A program made the translations under genes and the position numbers. The notes below the pieces were generated by a model. It did not search any database. It was not told the DNA's origin and saw only the letters and a program-made list of their open reading frames with translations. From a virus: a stretch of 64,000 bases of DNA. Where the stretch lies: positions 1 to 64,000 of IMG/VR virus record IMGVR_UViG_3300043444_000221; one strand, given 5' to 3'. Every line of letters begins with the position of its first letter. The stretch's first letter is position 1. This document shows, piece after piece, positions 61,563 through 64,000 of the stretch.

Positions 61563-61971
61563 TGTCTTCTCCATAAATCTGCTTGAGGTCTTCTACGGTA
61601 TCGCAAGGAATGTCAATTGAACCTTCTTCACACTCTTCGCAGTTAGGGTCATAGTCACCGTCTTCTGTGGTGTCATAGCAGTCACATTGGCGGTAGGTCC
61701 AAGTAGGAATCTCTGTCCATTCGTCTTCCCATGGATTCTCAGTAATGTAGTAATGAATGCGATTTACAAAATGCCAACCTGCCACAATGTAAGTGCCCTC
61801 GTCACCATCTACTTCAGTCCAGATGTGCTTAGGGTCTTGAGCCTTGACAAAATCTACCTCTTCACCATAAGTTTCAAAATGAATAAGGCTCTCGTCAGGA
61901 TACTTACTAATAGTATTTTTGATTGGCTTGAATGTTTCTTCCCACCCACCATAGGTATAAAACTTAGACAT
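61543..61971 (-). CDS. Hypothetical acidic protein
   Basis: FETYG.E...IWT..D...G...VNR..YYIT..PW; CxC/CxxC tail. Confidence 0.75.
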   Translation of the reverse strand: MSKFYTYGGWEETFKPIKNTISKYPDESLIHFETYGEEVDFVKAQDPKHIWTEVDGDEGTYIVAGWHFVNRIHYYITENPWEDEWTEIPTWTYRQCDCYDTTEDGDYDPNCEECEEGSIDIPCDTVEDLKQIYGEDNADIVK

Positions 61972-62158
61972 CTAGGGTTACCTTCTTTCCATACTCTCTG
62001 ATTACGTCTTCGAACTTATCTCCCTCAAGTTCTCCAACTTCTTCCATAATAGCATCAAACTCACCCTGTGTCAAGTTCTTGGTATCTAATACATATAGGG
62101 GAAAGTTGCTCTGGTGCTCCCACCAGTCTCCATTAACATTAGCAATATAAACAGTCAT
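61964..62158 (-). CDS. Small acidic protein
   Basis: Coupled ORF. Confidence 0.65.
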   Translation of the reverse strand: MTVYIANVNGDWWEHQSNFPLYVLDTKNLTQGEFDAIMEEVGELEGDKFEDVIREYGKKVTLDV

Positions 62159-62346
62159 TAGCAGTCTCCGTTACTAGGAATCTTGTCTTCTGGTACACCC
62201 ATCATAGATAGGATAGCTTGGCTTCTTCCAATGATGCCCTCAAGGAAATCACCATATGGGTCATTGATATCCAAAGCCTCTCGTTCTGGAATCAGTTCAG
62301 TGATATCAGCAATAAGATAATCAATAATCTCCTGATTACTCGCCAT
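62158..62346 (-). CDS. Small acidic protein
   Basis: Coupled ORF. Confidence 0.6.
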   Translation of the reverse strand: MASNQEIIDYLIADITELIPEREALDINDPYGDFLEGIIGRSQAILSMMGVPEDKIPSNGDC

Positions 62347-62512
62347 CTTCATCCTCCTCATCAGACTCAAACTCTGCTACCTCAATGCTGTGGACAATGC
62401 CTGTGTGCGACCAGTCCTCATACTCCCAGCCTTGCTTTTCTGCTTCCTCAACGCTATCAGCTTCAACCTCATAGCAATACTCAACAGTTACAGTTACTTC
62501 ATAAGAACCCAT
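62336..62512 (-). CDS. Very acidic small protein (58 aa, not in ORF track)
   Basis: MGSYEVTVTVEYCYEVEADSVEEAE...; 21 D/E and 1 K. Confidence 0.7.
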   Translation of the reverse strand: MGSYEVTVTVEYCYEVEADSVEEAEKQGWEYEDWSHTGIVHSIEVAEFESDEEDEDGE

Positions 62513-62532
62513 TTATTTATCCTAACTTTCTC

Positions 62533-63069
62533 TTAGAAATGGAAGTCTACAGGAACAAGATACCACTTTTTGGAACCCTTGTCAAGTTCTTCCAGCATAT
62601 ATTTCGGGGTAGTGGTGTAGTTATCCAAATCATAGAAATATGAATCTTGATTCCAATAACCATTTAGCATAGAGGCAGCAGACCTAACATAGTATGCTGT
62701 CATATCAAATCTATCCTCATCTGATAGATTGCCATTGTTTTCAATAAAGGTATCAACAAGACTACTAAACTTATCTAGTTCTAGTCTTTCTCTGATACGC
62801 CCCATTTCTTCGCTACGAGCAGATAGAGAGCCTTGAAGAGTTTCCATAAACTTATCAGGATTATCAGCAAGTGAAACCACATCGTTGTGATTATCTTGGT
62901 ATTGATTATTAGGATTACTATTCCAACGCCCACCACCAACGACATACCAATCAGACCAGCCACCTAGTCCCTCACTTTCGGAATACATAGATTCAAACTT
63001 GTCTTTTACTTTATTGAAAGCCTCTTCTGCAGAATCAGCCTTTATTGCTATTTGTTGTAATACGTGCAT
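62533..63069 (-). CDS. Hypothetical protein
   Basis: MH...DWYVVGGGRW...VPVDFH; AGAAAGG RBS. Confidence 0.8.
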   Translation of the reverse strand: MHVLQQIAIKADSAEEAFNKVKDKFESMYSESEGLGGWSDWYVVGGGRWNSNPNNQYQDNHNDVVSLADNPDKFMETLQGSLSARSEEMGRIRERLELDKFSSLVDTFIENNGNLSDEDRFDMTAYYVRSAASMLNGYWNQDSYFYDLDNYTTTPKYMLEELDKGSKKWYLVPVDFHF

Positions 63070-63305
63070 TTGGGGTTGCCTTTCTACTTTGATACCTCAA
63101 TTTTACACGCTGCCACTGACATTGTCAAATTGGGAAAAGAATCAGCGTGTCGTAATTACTTTTATATAGTTATTTATATAAGCTCAGATCCAGAATTTGG
63201 GAAATTTGTTACACAAACGTAATACAAAATACTTGACTAATAGTATAAAGTGTGGTCGACCACATTGCGATCAGTTTGTCAAGCTCAACACGATCCCTGG
63301 AGGGA

Positions 63306-63333
63306 GGGCAGTTTTACGTGTTGCCCAGCACGT
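63306..63333 (-). other. H-type RNA pseudoknot motif, copy 2
   Basis: ACGTG-CT-GGGCA-A-CACGT-AAAAC-TGCCC, 4 nt after the stop of the DUF932-like gene. Confidence 0.7.
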
Positions 63334-63337
63334 TTTA

Positions 63338-64000
63338 TTATGCGTTAGCCATTACGCCTTGCACAACTTTTAGCAGGCGATTCTTCTCTGCATTTATCAT
63401 TGGGTCAAACCCACTTGCACTTGCAAGAATTGATTCGTTAGAACCGCCACGAGCAGAACGATACCAATCCAAACGCTCAGTAAGTGCATTGAACGCACCC
63501 CAAGCAGTGCCAGCAATCATGCCATTGTAAGTGCCAGTGTAAATGTCATTGATAACATCTACCTTGTTTTCCCACTTCTTGACAGCACCCTTAGTGTCCT
63601 TGTCAGGCTTAGGGTATGCAGACAGAATGATGTCATTGAACTGTTGTGCAGTTACTTCTTGCTGAATCATGGCGTGTGCCATCTTGTCGAATTCGTCCAT
63701 GTATTTGTTAGCAAGACCAAGAGTCTCACGAGCAACCGCAATCTTACCCTCTGCAGTCTGAGTGTGACGAATCTTGAAACTTTGCTTAGGGCCTTTGCCA
63801 CGAGAACCTAGAGCAAGGTTTAGAGTGTTAGCACATACAACACGAACAGGTGTGATAGACGCTTGAATAGCAATCGAACCGTCGTGTGATGTATTGATAA
63901 GAAGATAAGTCTTTACCTTATCTGAAACGCCGTTAGGGTCAAGAACGGTTTCACGCTCAAGAGCAAGAGAACCGAAGACAACACGTCCGCCCTTGATAGA
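63338..64000 (-). CDS. DUF932-like phage protein, 5' end outside the window
   Basis: SHDGS, TPVRVVCANTL, RHT, GTAWGAFNALTE..D. Confidence 0.88.
   Translation of the reverse strand, partial: SIKGGRVVFGSLALERETVLDPNGVSDKVKTYLLINTSHDGSIAIQASITPVRVVCANTLNLALGSRGKGPKQSFKIRHTQTAEGKIAVARETLGLANKYMDEFDKMAHAMIQQEVTAQQFNDIILSAYPKPDKDTKGAVKKWENKVDVINDIYTGTYNGMIAGTAWGAFNALTERLDWYRSARGGSNESILASASGFDPMINAEKNRLLKVVQGVMANA

Overview
This window is part of a large, AT-rich tailed dsDNA phage genome, most likely infecting an actinobacterium. That host is suggested by WhiB, class Ib nrdIEF/nrdH, DnaE, many leaderless genes and a Streptomyces-phage-like terminase. From left to right it holds: a replication/recombination block (DnaB, primase, SSB, DnaE, RecA, Cas4-like, RuvC-like), terminase, ribonucleotide reductase, secreted or surface proteins, two tRNA clusters (6 tRNAs), lysins, and stress and metabolic genes (Hsp20, Dps, GroES, ThyX). 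A large modification set is dispersed through the window: 7 2OG-Fe(II) oxygenases, 4 GT60-like glycosyltransferases, GT8, a carbamoyltransferase, NDP-sugar enzymes, SGNH-like proteins and a sulfotransferase-like protein. Near 59 kb the coding strand switches across a mostly non-coding region dense in repeats. It carries five DnaA boxes, iteron-like 11-mers, MraZ-like and MtrA/GlnR-like repeats, and a fixed-spacing TGGGAA-N14-CGTAA motif. Small acidic minus-strand genes follow. The most unusual signals are this binding-site array, three candidate structured ncRNAs, a covarying pseudoknot found after two unrelated genes, and the hydroxylase/GT60 pairing. All calls come from reading motifs by eye; no database search was run.
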